Source of the DNA: a virus
Lineage: Duplodnaviria; Caudoviricetes
Length of the DNA stretch: 62,184 nt
IMG/VR virus record: IMGVR_UViG_3300033150_000672
Span: 1 to 62,184 of that record
Direction: 5' to 3' (one strand)
In this document: positions 18,741 through 28,719 of the stretch, piece by piece
Numbering within the stretch: the stretch's first letter is position 1
Layout: every line of letters begins with the position of its first letter
Program-made: the position numbers and the translations under genes
Notes under the pieces: model-generated
Databases searched by the model: none
What the model was told of the DNA's origin: nothing
The model's input: only the letters and a program-made list of their open reading frames with translations

Positions 18741-19932
18741 TATGCCATTTGCTGGTTATAAAGATTTTGAAGAGTGTGTTCGTAAAAATAAAGGAAAGGT
18801 TAGAAATGTTGGTGCATACTGCGCCTCAATCCATAAAAAAGCCACAGGAAAATGGCCAACTGAAAAAGCAAATAATCTACCACGTGGTATTCAAATAACA
18901 AGTGAAGTAGGAGATTCTGTTCCATCATTAAAAAGAATTATAAAAGGCACAGGATTTTTTGGAAAAAAGAAAAAAGAAAAAACACCAGAACAATATGAAA
19001 AAGAACGTAAACAGGTAAGAGAGAAAATGAAGACTTGGGTAAAAGAAATAAAAGGTGAAACAGCAGGATATTATGATGAAAGTGAAATTAGAAAAAGAAA
19101 TATATTATATAAAAAAGACCCAAAAAGTGGAAAATATAATATACCTTCTGGATATGATATAAAACAAATAGAACGAGAAAAAAGACAAAAACAAGAAATG
19201 TCAGTAAGAACCATTGGTGGATTTAAAAGTCCGGAACCAGGAAAAATTCCTGAAAAAGGAAAAAGATTATTAGCCAAAGTTTATGCAGGCGCAAGAAAGA
19301 AAGGAATGAGTAAAGAAAGAGCATCAAAGATTGCGTGGGGTGCTGTCAAAAAAGCAGGATTAAAAAAAGGAGGTGAGAAAGAAATGGCTGAAATTGAAAC
19401 AGCAAAATATATGGGTTTTAATAAATTAAAAAAATCATTAGCAGCAAAGGGAGCAAGAAGTCCAGAAGCATTAGCAGCGTGGATTGGAAGAAGAAAATAT
19501 GGAGAAAAAAAGTTTGCTAAAGCAACAGGGAAAGATAAAACATTAAAAAAATCCGCTCCTCGAAAAAATATTCCTGGCGTTAAACAAGCAAAAAAAGAAT
19601 TAAGTGATATATTTCCAAGTGCACAAATTCATTTGAGTGGACCTATTGGAGAAATTGCATCTTTAAGTGGAGCACAATTAGAAGGAGCAGCAAGAAGAAG
19701 TATTGGAATGACTGTTGAACAAAGTAAAAAAATTGCTCAAATAAGAAAATTCCAAGAAAAGAAAGCAAAGAAACCAAAAGAACCAAGTAAGTTTATGCAG
19801 ATGAAAGAACCAGCAAAAATTCATGCTGAAGTAAAATATATGTCACATAAGTTAAAAAGACCTGAAGGTGTTGTTGGTAAAATAAAAACTTATCCAAAAA
19901 GAGATAAATTAAGAAAAGAGGCGAGACTTTAA
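18733..19932 (+). CDS. Very basic modular protein containing a ChaB-like domain (putative internal core protein)
   Basis: PEKGKRLLAKVY...ERASKIAWGAVKKAG resembles the ChaB signature; K/R-rich. Confidence 0.65.
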   Translation: MVNMPFAGYKDFEECVRKNKGKVRNVGAYCASIHKKATGKWPTEKANNLPRGIQITSEVGDSVPSLKRIIKGTGFFGKKKKEKTPEQYEKERKQVREKMKTWVKEIKGETAGYYDESEIRKRNILYKKDPKSGKYNIPSGYDIKQIEREKRQKQEMSVRTIGGFKSPEPGKIPEKGKRLLAKVYAGARKKGMSKERASKIAWGAVKKAGLKKGGEKEMAEIETAKYMGFNKLKKSLAAKGARSPEALAAWIGRRKYGEKKFAKATGKDKTLKKSAPRKNIPGVKQAKKELSDIFPSAQIHLSGPIGEIASLSGAQLEGAARRSIGMTVEQSKKIAQIRKFQEKKAKKPKEPSKFMQMKEPAKIHAEVKYMSHKLKRPEGVVGKIKTYPKRDKLRKEARL

Positions 19933-19933
19933 A

Positions 19934-20245
19934 ATGAAGTGGGAAAAAAGATTAGGTGAAATAGAATTACCGAGACGAATTCTTTTACAAGATAATTCAT
20001 ATCTTGAAAAAAGAGCAAAATATATGAAAATGGATAACAAATTATTAGATATGTACACAAGAGCAATGATGGAAAAAAATCCAGAATTGAAAAAAGTTAA
20101 ATTAAAAGAATATAGAGAAGCGAAAGAAAGGTTTGAAAAAAGTGAAATAAAAGGTGTTCCTAAGAGAGATGGGAGTGGTAAAGGCGTCAGGGCTAATCGT
20201 GGTCGTGGTGGATGTAACCCACCAAAAGATAAAGGACTAAAATGA
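19934..20245 (+). CDS. Basic protein with PKRDGSG...GRGGC motif
   Basis: ORF track; Gly/Arg-rich C-terminal motif. Confidence 0.7.
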   Translation: MKWEKRLGEIELPRRILLQDNSYLEKRAKYMKMDNKLLDMYTRAMMEKNPELKKVKLKEYREAKERFEKSEIKGVPKRDGSGKGVRANRGRGGCNPPKDKGLK

Positions 20246-20721
20246 TAATAAATAAAAAATTTATTGATGCAATGAGAGATTTAGATATTGATAATCCACC
20301 TAGAAAATTTTCTAAAACGGATGAAAGAACGTTAAAAGTTTATGAATATGCTCAGCGTGGATTGGTAGATTATGAAAAAAAGTTTAAGGTAAAAAAACCA
20401 AGTAAGCACCCAGTTGGTAGAGGAGAAGCACCAATAGATGTTGGAGTTCCTGATTATTCTAAAAGTAAATTTGTAGAAGGTAAAACCATATCAGAAGCAG
20501 AAGAAGAAGAAAAATTAAAAAAATTAAAAGAAAAAACAAAAATAAAAGTCGGTGATAGAGTTAGACATTCACAATATGGTGAAGGAACCGTTATAAGAAC
20601 GAATGAGGATGCTATTGGACCTGAAAAAGGTAAGTTGACTGTTAAATTCACATCAAGAAATATTGAAGATAAAGACGTTTATCCAGCAGAAGTTATATTA
20701 ATAAAGAGAAAAGTGGTATAA
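20242..20721 (+). CDS. Protein with C-terminal SH3/Tudor-like domain
   Basis: KVGDRVRHSQYGEGTVI...LTVKF. Confidence 0.65.
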   Translation: MIINKKFIDAMRDLDIDNPPRKFSKTDERTLKVYEYAQRGLVDYEKKFKVKKPSKHPVGRGEAPIDVGVPDYSKSKFVEGKTISEAEEEEKLKKLKEKTKIKVGDRVRHSQYGEGTVIRTNEDAIGPEKGKLTVKFTSRNIEDKDVYPAEVILIKRKVV

Positions 20722-20785
20722 AAACACTATTTTTTTATAAAAAAACAAAAGATTTTTTAAATTCATTGTTGACTTTTTATAATTA

Positions 20786-22168
20786 ATGGAATGTAAAAAT
20801 TATATTGCCTGTGGTTATAAAGGTGGAGAATTCTTTTCTAGTGATTTTATAGATGTTGAACTTTCTGAAGACCAAAAATATAAAAAAGCAATTATTTCTA
20901 TTCCATTAATAACAGCAGGCAAAAATAAAAAAAATATAATATGGAGACGAGAAATTCTACGCGAACTCGCTCCTATGTTCCGTGGTGTCGTATTTAAATA
21001 CGATATAAACGGAACACAGGGCTCCAGCCACATACCACAACATTTATTCTCTCCTTTTTATGATGTCGGGTGGACCTATGATGATGTGACTGGAGCCTGG
21101 TTTGATGGAAACACCATATGGGTGAAAGGTGAGGTCACAAATCCTGTGGTTATTGAAAAACTTTCCAGAATTGGAGCAAACGGCAGGAGGGAATTAAATG
21201 CAGGAAGTTCTGGAGTATTTTTAGATTATAAATATGTGGCTTGTTCTATATGTGGAAAAATGCCTTTTGGAACATGCAAACATATTAGGGGACAAGAATA
21301 TGATGGTAAAATTTGTTCAATTGTTCCAATATCCCCTAAGGCTGTAACTCGTGCTCTTCATGTAGCATTAACAAATGACCCTGCAGATGGGGAAGCAATA
21401 ATAAAAGATGTCCTTTTGCAGGAGATGAATGCTAAAGATAATATAAGTAATAAAATTGAAGATGATAAAAAATTGGAGGATAATAAGAAAGCAGGTGATG
21501 TAAAAATGCCGGAAAATAATGAAAAAGATGAAAAATTAAAACCTGACGAGAAGAAAGATGATGGTGAAGAGAAAAAAGAAGAACCTGAAACCGCCGATAA
21601 CAACAATCCAGACTCTGCAGCAAAAAAACCCGGTAATGGTAATGGTAACGGTAAAAAAACCATAAAATGCCCTAAATGCGGTTATACGTGGACTGTTGAA
21701 TCTGCTGAAATTCCGGTAGAGGGTATTCCAGCACCAGCGCCAAAACCAGCAGAAAATGTGGAGAGTAAGAAAGATTCTGCTCCGAAGGTAGAAAACACGA
21801 GCGATGATACTACTGAACAGAATAGGAGTGTTATTAAACAACCCGAAAAGACCGAAACAGCAGACTATTCTGGAAAGTATAAAAATAGATTGATTGAGAG
21901 TATAAACTCAGAATCTAAAAGATTGCATAGGAAGGCAATTGAAACTGCTGATATGAGCATTGAACAACTTGAAACAGTTGAAAGAGTGCTTAAATCTACA
22001 CCAAGTCCAAAGGTTGAGTTTGATGGACAAGACTTAAATGGATATGGTGCTCCAGCAGCAAATGAAGAGAGGGTTGAAATTGCAGACATGACACCAGAAG
22101 AAAGAACTGAAAAGTTTGGAGAATTTGGTCGTTGGGATGTGATATTTAATCCTCAGAGGTATATGTAG
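20786..22168 (+). CDS. Prohead protease-scaffold fusion
   Basis: Position before decoration protein and MCP; N-terminal globular domain with CSICG...C.H..G..YDG and ALTNDPAD; charged low-complexity C-terminal scaffold. Confidence 0.75.
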   Translation: MECKNYIACGYKGGEFFSSDFIDVELSEDQKYKKAIISIPLITAGKNKKNIIWRREILRELAPMFRGVVFKYDINGTQGSSHIPQHLFSPFYDVGWTYDDVTGAWFDGNTIWVKGEVTNPVVIEKLSRIGANGRRELNAGSSGVFLDYKYVACSICGKMPFGTCKHIRGQEYDGKICSIVPISPKAVTRALHVALTNDPADGEAIIKDVLLQEMNAKDNISNKIEDDKKLEDNKKAGDVKMPENNEKDEKLKPDEKKDDGEEKKEEPETADNNNPDSAAKKPGNGNGNGKKTIKCPKCGYTWTVESAEIPVEGIPAPAPKPAENVESKKDSAPKVENTSDDTTEQNRSVIKQPEKTETADYSGKYKNRLIESINSESKRLHRKAIETADMSIEQLETVERVLKSTPSPKVEFDGQDLNGYGAPAANEERVEIADMTPEERTEKFGEFGRWDVIFNPQRYM

Positions 22169-22178
22169 GTGAAAAACG

Positions 22179-22604
22179 ATGGGAACAGTATATAAACCAA
22201 TATTTGTTCAAGATGGCCAATATTTGACATTTGAAAATGGAGAGTCAAGTAGTAGTATAACACTTGGACAAGTAGTTATGCTTGATACCTCAAATGCAGG
22301 TAAGGTTAAAATAGGAACTGCAGCAGGTAAAGCAAATGCAATAGGAGTTGCTGTAGCAACAAGAGCAACCAGTGCAATGCTTGGTGATTCAGATTATGAT
22401 GAGGTTGCTGTAGGTGCAAAATTAAGCGTTATAACCTGGGGAATTGTTTGGGTAACAGCAAGTGGTAGTATTTCAATTGGAGATTCAGTTGAATGTGCTA
22501 ATTCAGGTGCAGTTGCACAAGGAACAACCAACGTGATTGGAACTGCTTTGACAGCGGCATCAGATGGTGAAGACGTAAAAATCCTATTAAGGAGAAGATG
22601 GTGA
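22179..22604 (+). CDS. Capsid cement/decoration protein (DUF2190-like)
   Basis: I..GQVV...AIGVA...V.V...G...IG.AL.AA..G..V.ILL pattern; directly before MCP. Confidence 0.75.
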   Translation: MGTVYKPIFVQDGQYLTFENGESSSSITLGQVVMLDTSNAGKVKIGTAAGKANAIGVAVATRATSAMLGDSDYDEVAVGAKLSVITWGIVWVTASGSISIGDSVECANSGAVAQGTTNVIGTALTAASDGEDVKILLRRRW

Positions 22605-22612
22605 GGTGATAA

Positions 22613-23500
22613 GTGATGGCTACGTATTCAATGTCAAGTGCACAAACTTGGGCAACATTTAAAGAACAGGTTGACGATACACTTATAAAAGCACTACAAC
22701 CAAAGATAATTTACAACCTATTAGGTAAAACATATCCAGCAACTCAAGGAGTAATGGCTTTTGACGACACTCAAGAATCCTGGATTAGTCCAGATGAAGT
22801 TGGTGAGAGTGGCGAATATCCTGGTGCTGTAATGAGATTCCACAGGAACTATATAAGCATGAAAGATATTGGTGTGGCTCCAAGAATACCAATGAACTGG
22901 ATTAAAGATTCCAGATTTGATTTGGTCAATGAACACGTTGAAGAAATAGGATTTGGTATTGCAAGATACTTAAATTCAGATATGTTGACAGCACTAAATA
23001 CTTGGGTAGCAGGTGGAACCTATAACGGAACGACCTTTAGTGCAGTGAGTGGGCACGTCATAACTGCAACAGCAACTTGGGCATCAAGTTCAGCAGATAT
23101 AATTGCAGATATAGCAAATGCAATAGCAGTTTTAGGAGCAGATAATGCAGCGGATGGTAAGAAATATTTGATAATACATCCAACACCATTCCAGTATGTG
23201 ATGACAGATCCAAATTTCCTAAAATACATTAATTATGGAAACGCAGACTTAATACAAAGAGGAATATATCCAACTCCGTTTGGTGTAACCTTTTTGGTAA
23301 CGAGTCAGGCAGCAACAACCTATGCGTTAATGGTTAATGTAGATATGTCTGCAATAAAGTATTATGAGAGAGAACCACTAACCACAACTTTAGAATACCA
23401 CGCAAGGACAAATCACTTAGATTTGGTTGTAAGAATGAGGTATGCATTCGCGTGTGGAAGACCAAAAGGTATTGTGAAAATAAATACGATAGCATCGTAA
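22613..23500 (+). CDS. Major capsid protein (HK97 fold)
   Basis: EVGESGEYP, WIKDSRFDLV, LIIHP, and terminal R.A....RP.GIVKI pattern; position. Confidence 0.9.
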   Translation: MMATYSMSSAQTWATFKEQVDDTLIKALQPKIIYNLLGKTYPATQGVMAFDDTQESWISPDEVGESGEYPGAVMRFHRNYISMKDIGVAPRIPMNWIKDSRFDLVNEHVEEIGFGIARYLNSDMLTALNTWVAGGTYNGTTFSAVSGHVITATATWASSSADIIADIANAIAVLGADNAADGKKYLIIHPTPFQYVMTDPNFLKYINYGNADLIQRGIYPTPFGVTFLVTSQAATTYALMVNVDMSAIKYYEREPLTTTLEYHARTNHLDLVVRMRYAFACGRPKGIVKINTIAS

Positions 23501-23507
23501 GCTATCA

Positions 23508-23524
23508 ATTTTTTATTTTTTATT
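23508..23524 (+). terminator. U-rich archaeal terminator after MCP
   Basis: TTTTTTATTTTTTATT immediately after the MCP stop. Confidence 0.5.
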
Positions 23525-23549
23525 AAAAACAAAAAAGGAGGAATAAAAA

Positions 23550-24899
23550 ATGACGAAGTACACATATGATGGGGATTTTAAAACCCTAAATGTTAGAACC
23601 ATTGCAAATTTCAATGGGGCAGTGACGATGGGTAGTAATTTAACAGTATCTGGTAATTTTACAGTAGAAGGAAACTTTACTTTTGGTGATGCAGCAACAG
23701 ATGACTTAACTGTCAACGGTTTAATATCTACATCTGATGGTAAAAGTAGTAAGTTTATAGAAACTGGAACATATTCAAGTAATCCAGATAAAGGTATAGT
23801 TCTAAGTTCATCAAATAATAGGCCAGTTTCATTTTTGTTTGATGATAGTGAATCAGCACTAACGGGAGATATAAGAGCCGTTTTAAGTAGAGTTTATTTA
23901 TCAGCAGACCAAAATAGTGGAGTGACAATAAATGCAATTCGAGGACAGATAAAGGTTGCAAATGATAAGGACTTGGATAGTGCAAATAATGTTGTAGCAC
24001 CAATAACTGGTTATTTTGAATTTGCTGGAACAGCAAACAGAACAGTAACAGGACATATTGCTTGTATTAGGGCAGCAATGGAAGGTGGAGCAAGTGGAAC
24101 CACAACAATATCTACTAACAGTTTCTTGGCTGGATTTGAAGCAACATTAAATAGTTCACGAACATATACCACAACAGGTATAATGGCAGCATTTGGTTGT
24201 AACATCTCAGGTGGTTCAACTAAATGGGACAAAGGTTTGTATTTAAGTGGATGTGCACAAGGAATTTGTTTTGCAAACCAAGGTGGAGCAGAAAGTGCTA
24301 GTGGATTATTTATGGGAGCAGGAACAAGTGGTGACCCCGCAACAACATCAACAGCAGATGCTAAGTTTATAGAATTTAGATGTCAGACAACTGCTACATC
24401 TGGAGATAATAGACTAATGTACCTTAGATATGATATGAATGGTGCAGGTGCAAGTGGTGAATGTATAAGGGCATTTACTAAAATGACTGCTGCATTACCA
24501 ACAGCAAGAGGCGCACACATTAGTTTAGATGGAGACACTAATGGAAGTATAACTGGTTTAGGAGTGGCTGTGGATGCTCAATGGTTAATAGCAGATACAA
24601 GTTTCAGTGGTGGAACTTATGCTGTTATTAATGCAGAGATGTATAGTGCAGGAAGTAGTAGTGATATAACAGGAGTAACAGATGCAGGATATATTAGAAT
24701 TGTTAATGCTGGAGATTCCACAGGTAAAGGAACAGTAGATGATAAAGCATTCTTGTTTATACTTGAAGGATTTACAAGTGATGCTTCACACATGTGGTAT
24801 GACCACCAAGGTTCAGCACCTGCAAATGTTGAAGAATGGATAAGAGTTAAAACTCCAAGTGGAACAAGATATATAGCATTGTATAATGCTGTTGTTTAA
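23550..24899 (+). CDS. Beta-rich fibre-like virion protein
   Basis: G/A/S/T-rich; LTVSGNFTVEGN repeats; C-terminal WIRVK...RYIALY. Confidence 0.65.
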   Translation: MTKYTYDGDFKTLNVRTIANFNGAVTMGSNLTVSGNFTVEGNFTFGDAATDDLTVNGLISTSDGKSSKFIETGTYSSNPDKGIVLSSSNNRPVSFLFDDSESALTGDIRAVLSRVYLSADQNSGVTINAIRGQIKVANDKDLDSANNVVAPITGYFEFAGTANRTVTGHIACIRAAMEGGASGTTTISTNSFLAGFEATLNSSRTYTTTGIMAAFGCNISGGSTKWDKGLYLSGCAQGICFANQGGAESASGLFMGAGTSGDPATTSTADAKFIEFRCQTTATSGDNRLMYLRYDMNGAGASGECIRAFTKMTAALPTARGAHISLDGDTNGSITGLGVAVDAQWLIADTSFSGGTYAVINAEMYSAGSSSDITGVTDAGYIRIVNAGDSTGKGTVDDKAFLFILEGFTSDASHMWYDHQGSAPANVEEWIRVKTPSGTRYIALYNAVV

Positions 24900-24985
24900 G
24901 GATGCCATAATCCTTTTATTTATTTTTTTTATTTTTATGGCGAAATAAAACCAAGCGGTAAAAAATCATAAGGGTGATGTGAAAA

Positions 24986-25303
24986 ATGAATAAAACAATA
25001 AAATTGTCTGTTTTAGAAAGAATACATTTACTAAATAATCTACCAAAGAAAGGTAGCATAATAGAAAGTAAAATTCTACGAGGAATTTTTGAAAAAATTG
25101 AATTTAATCAAAAAGAAATAAAAGATTATGGATTGAAAGATGAAAATGGAAAGATTTCTTGGGTTATGGAGAAAGCAAAAGATAAAGATATTACTTTCAA
25201 TGAGAGTGAAATTGATATTATTAAAAGAATGTTTAAAGAATTAGATTCTAGAAAAGAATTTAATGTCGGATTAATTGAGTTATACGAAAAGTTTGAAAAG
25301 TGA
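24986..25303 (+). CDS. Hypothetical protein (possible fibre assembly chaperone)
   Basis: GGTGA RBS; follows the fibre-like gene. Confidence 0.6.
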   Translation: MNKTIKLSVLERIHLLNNLPKKGSIIESKILRGIFEKIEFNQKEIKDYGLKDENGKISWVMEKAKDKDITFNESEIDIIKRMFKELDSRKEFNVGLIELYEKFEK

Positions 25304-25315
25304 AGGTGATAAAAT

Positions 25316-25507
25316 ATGCCAACTATAAAGGGTTTTAAAATAATAAATGGGAAAATAACAGATGATAGTTTGAAGAAACTTAAGGAGGTTGGTGCTATAC
25401 CACTAAATTTAAAAGAAAAGAAAACAACTATCAAAAAGAACAGTAAGAAAATAACTAAAAAAATAAATAAAAAAACAAAGAAAAGTAGAAAAACAAAAAA
25501 GAAATGA
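25316..25507 (+). CDS. Small Lys-rich protein
   Basis: GGTGA RBS. Confidence 0.6.
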   Translation: MPTIKGFKIINGKITDDSLKKLKEVGAIPLNLKEKKTTIKKNSKKITKKINKKTKKSRKTKKK

Positions 25508-25516
25508 GGTGATTAA

Positions 25517-25840
25517 ATGTTAAAGGTAACACCAATTTCAAATAAAAGGTTAATAGAAGACCATGATACAGATATTGTATTCGAGGTTGGAAAAGATACC
25601 ATTTTAAAAGATAGAAACTTAAAGGCTGGTTCTATTAAAAGAATGTTATTTGATGGAATATTAAGAGTTACTGAAGGGAGTGCTCAATTTCAATATAAAG
25701 ATGCACTTGTAACTGTTTCTGAAAAACATCCAGAAAAATGTATTTGTATTATTAAAGGAAAAGAAGAAGAAAAGGTTTTTGATACAAATATTAAGAAAGA
25801 AGAGAAGAAAGGAGGTAAAAAGAAGAAAAAGGAGGAGTAA
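25517..25840 (+). CDS. Hypothetical protein
   Basis: GAGGTGA RBS. Confidence 0.7.
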   Translation: MLKVTPISNKRLIEDHDTDIVFEVGKDTILKDRNLKAGSIKRMLFDGILRVTEGSAQFQYKDALVTVSEKHPEKCICIIKGKEEEKVFDTNIKKEEKKGGKKKKKEE

Positions 25841-25842
25841 AA

Positions 25843-26334
25843 ATGGCTGGTATAACTACAACAATTACTACAGATGATATTCGTGATTGGTTAGGTCTTA
25901 AAACAACAGACCCTCCAGCAGATGCTACAATAACTAAACATATTAATTGGAGTTTAGAGTGGATTGAATTAGATGCAGACACAACAGATTCAGATGAGAT
26001 TGATATGTTGGTTTTACTAAAATGTGGTTCTAGACTATTGAAATGGTTAGCAATAAGGGCAGTTAAAAATGGATATGTTAGTTTTAATAGTGGTGGAGTA
26101 AATATAAACAAATCACCAAGAGAATTAATGGAATTAGCAAATGATATGGATAACGATTACTGGTTATTTGTAGCAAAAACAACAAGTGATGTTGTAACAA
26201 CTAAATTTTTAGAAGATTTAGATACTTCAACACAACAAGACATAAAAGAGATATTTCAAAGCACTGCTAATGTTTGGGATTATCAAGCAAAATACCATCC
26301 AAGCGTTAGTGATAGGAGTGGGAGGTATAGTTAA
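25843..26334 (+). CDS. Head-tail adaptor (gp15/gp6-like)
   Basis: T.DDIR..LG start, helical body; position. Confidence 0.6.
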   Translation: MAGITTTITTDDIRDWLGLKTTDPPADATITKHINWSLEWIELDADTTDSDEIDMLVLLKCGSRLLKWLAIRAVKNGYVSFNSGGVNINKSPRELMELANDMDNDYWLFVAKTTSDVVTTKFLEDLDTSTQQDIKEIFQSTANVWDYQAKYHPSVSDRSGRYS

Positions 26335-26336
26335 AT

Positions 26337-26723
26337 ATGGTTGATGACACGAACCTACAAATTGTTAATGGAATGATAGATGATTTTGAAAGTCTAATTG
26401 ATAATGATGTAGGTGTTACTGTCACTTATACTCCTGTCACAACCATACAATATGGAGCAGATGGAACAGAAAGAGAGGAAGGAACATCAGAGAGTAGAGT
26501 TGGAATAATATATATCTCAACAGAAAGATATGAAAACTTACCAGAAGGTTTTTTTGAAGATACAGATGCTGTAATGTTAGCAAAAAAAGGAGATACTTAT
26601 GTTAGAGATGGAAAAATAGAATATGGAGGAAATACCTACAGAATAAAAAACGTTGGAGATATGCTTTGGCATCCTGGAAGTGGAACCAGATTTGGAACAA
26701 AATTATATTTGGTGAAAGTATGA
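26337..26723 (+). CDS. Head closure/stopper protein
   Basis: Beta-rich, ...IEYGGNTYRIKNV; position. Confidence 0.6.
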   Translation: MVDDTNLQIVNGMIDDFESLIDNDVGVTVTYTPVTTIQYGADGTEREEGTSESRVGIIYISTERYENLPEGFFEDTDAVMLAKKGDTYVRDGKIEYGGNTYRIKNVGDMLWHPGSGTRFGTKLYLVKV

Positions 26724-27112
26724 ATAAATTACAAATACATTTAGAAAGTGCGGTACTAAGAATGCAGAAAAGAATATTTGAATTATTATATAATGATGTT
26801 CTTTCAAGAGTTCCAGTAGATACAGGAAGATTAAAAGAAGCAATAAGAACCAATAGTAGAATTGAAGGAAATAAAATAATTATAGGTAGTGGCAATTTAA
26901 TTGAATATGCTTTTTATGTTGAACATAGGTTTGAAGACCCAAAAAATCCAAGAATATTATGGAAAGCGAAAGTAGATAGAATGCAAAGAAAACATTTTGA
27001 TGCAAGTAGTACAATTCCTTATTTAAGAGCAGCAGTTTATAAAAACATTATGAGAATTATTGAAATTATTGTTGAAGAACTAAGAAATGAGTTTGAAGGT
27101 GTTGAGTTATGA
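26720..27112 (+). CDS. HK97 gp10-like neck protein
   Basis: PVDTGRL...YA.YVE...PYLR.A signature. Confidence 0.85.
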   Translation: MNKLQIHLESAVLRMQKRIFELLYNDVLSRVPVDTGRLKEAIRTNSRIEGNKIIIGSGNLIEYAFYVEHRFEDPKNPRILWKAKVDRMQRKHFDASSTIPYLRAAVYKNIMRIIEIIVEELRNEFEGVEL

Positions 27113-27756
27113 GTTTAATAAATCCAGACATAATGATTAATGAAATATTGTATTTTTTAAGAAATAATTTAACTGACCCAAAAAGTAGAGGAACAACAAC
27201 AACAGAAAACTTTACTGCTACATCTGGACAAACACAATTTTCATTAAGTAATAATCCAAGTTTTAATATTATTTCTGTTAAGGTTGATGGTAATACAAAA
27301 AGTTATGGTTCTGATTGGACTGTTAGTTTTACAAAAAATTCAACAACAATAACCTTAACAAATGCATTATCTGGTGGAGAAAGTGTTGATATAAAATATC
27401 ATTACGGTTCAACATGGATATATAAAGACTGGCCTAGAGTTGATTTAAAAGTTAGCAGTTATCCAAGAATAGGAATTAGAAATATTGCTACATCAGATAG
27501 ATATCAAGGTTTAAGTTTACAAGGTATGGATAGTACAATCACATTTCAAGTTGGTGTTTTTTATGAAAAAATTAATGATGCAAGAGATATGATGTTTACA
27601 ATTAAGGAGGAACTTTGGAATAATAGATTAAATTTTCATTACTTTTCAGGAATCAGTCCTGTAGGACAAGCAGGTCCAGGACGAGATATGCTAAGAAAAG
27701 GTGAAATATACGTAGGGGATATGGATTTCATAATCCCGATACAACCACAAACGTGA
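27109..27756 (+). CDS. Tail terminator with inserted beta-domain
   Basis: Position before the tail tube; YPRI; insertion FTATSGQTQFSL...VDIKY. Confidence 0.6.
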   Translation: MSLINPDIMINEILYFLRNNLTDPKSRGTTTTENFTATSGQTQFSLSNNPSFNIISVKVDGNTKSYGSDWTVSFTKNSTTITLTNALSGGESVDIKYHYGSTWIYKDWPRVDLKVSSYPRIGIRNIATSDRYQGLSLQGMDSTITFQVGVFYEKINDARDMMFTIKEELWNNRLNFHYFSGISPVGQAGPGRDMLRKGEIYVGDMDFIIPIQPQT

Positions 27757-27766
27757 GGTGAAAAAA

Positions 27767-28693
27767 ATGGTAAATTATCCAGCACATTTAACACAAATAA
27801 TGTATAAAAAAGAAACGACTTATGGAACAGAAGTGACAGCAGATAGTTATTTTGGAAGGGTAACAGCGTTTAGTTTTGATAGAACAAATAGTATCATAAG
27901 AAATTATGATGTGGGAGATAGAAATATTCAAAATTTATTGTTGAGTATTTTTAGAGTAACAGGTTCAGTTAATTTTGATTTAATTGATTTTTCTGTGTTT
28001 GAGTTTTTGTTAGGAAGTAGAAGTGGAGCATCACCACCATATACTTATACAACCACAACATCATTACCAAGTATTACGATAGAAACTGCTAGAAGAGGTT
28101 CAACTAATATGAATTTCACAATAACTGGCTGCAAGTGTAATAGTTTTACATTATCGTTTAACTTGAATGAACCAATTAGATGCACTACATCTTGGATTGG
28201 AAGAACTGTTAAAGAAGATTCAACAATTCAAACATATACTGTTCCTACAACAGAACCATTCACATTCATACAGAGTGATTTAGAAAGAAATAATGTTGCC
28301 ATTGGAATAATACAAAATGGAAGTTTATCAGTTACTCATAATCTAATAGAAGTTAGAGGAATTGGAAATAGATTATTAGATGATTTAAAAGTAGGACAAT
28401 TAGATATAACTTATGAATTTGCTGTAATTTTAGATAGTGGATTAGCAACAACAATATTAGCAGACGCATATGGACAAGGTGTTGGTAGTGGACCAATAAA
28501 TGATGGAACAGGAACAGCAACAACATATACATTAGATTTTGAACTTGATGCTACTGGTGGAAGAACTGCTACAATATCACTAACAAACGCTTCAGTAGAT
28601 AGTTGGACACCACCTGTAAATGCAGGAAATAATATGTGTTTGATGAGAGTAAGAGGAATTGCAAAAGGAATAAGTATATCTGCAAGCACTTAA
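27767..28693 (+). CDS. Major tail tube protein
   Basis: KETTYGT start, LPSITIE...GCKCNSFTLS, T-rich; no sheath gene nearby. Confidence 0.85.
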   Translation: MVNYPAHLTQIMYKKETTYGTEVTADSYFGRVTAFSFDRTNSIIRNYDVGDRNIQNLLLSIFRVTGSVNFDLIDFSVFEFLLGSRSGASPPYTYTTTTSLPSITIETARRGSTNMNFTITGCKCNSFTLSFNLNEPIRCTTSWIGRTVKEDSTIQTYTVPTTEPFTFIQSDLERNNVAIGIIQNGSLSVTHNLIEVRGIGNRLLDDLKVGQLDITYEFAVILDSGLATTILADAYGQGVGSGPINDGTGTATTYTLDFELDATGGRTATISLTNASVDSWTPPVNAGNNMCLMRVRGIAKGISISAST

Positions 28694-28719
28694 AACCCAA
28701 GGAGGTTGGAGGAAGAAAA

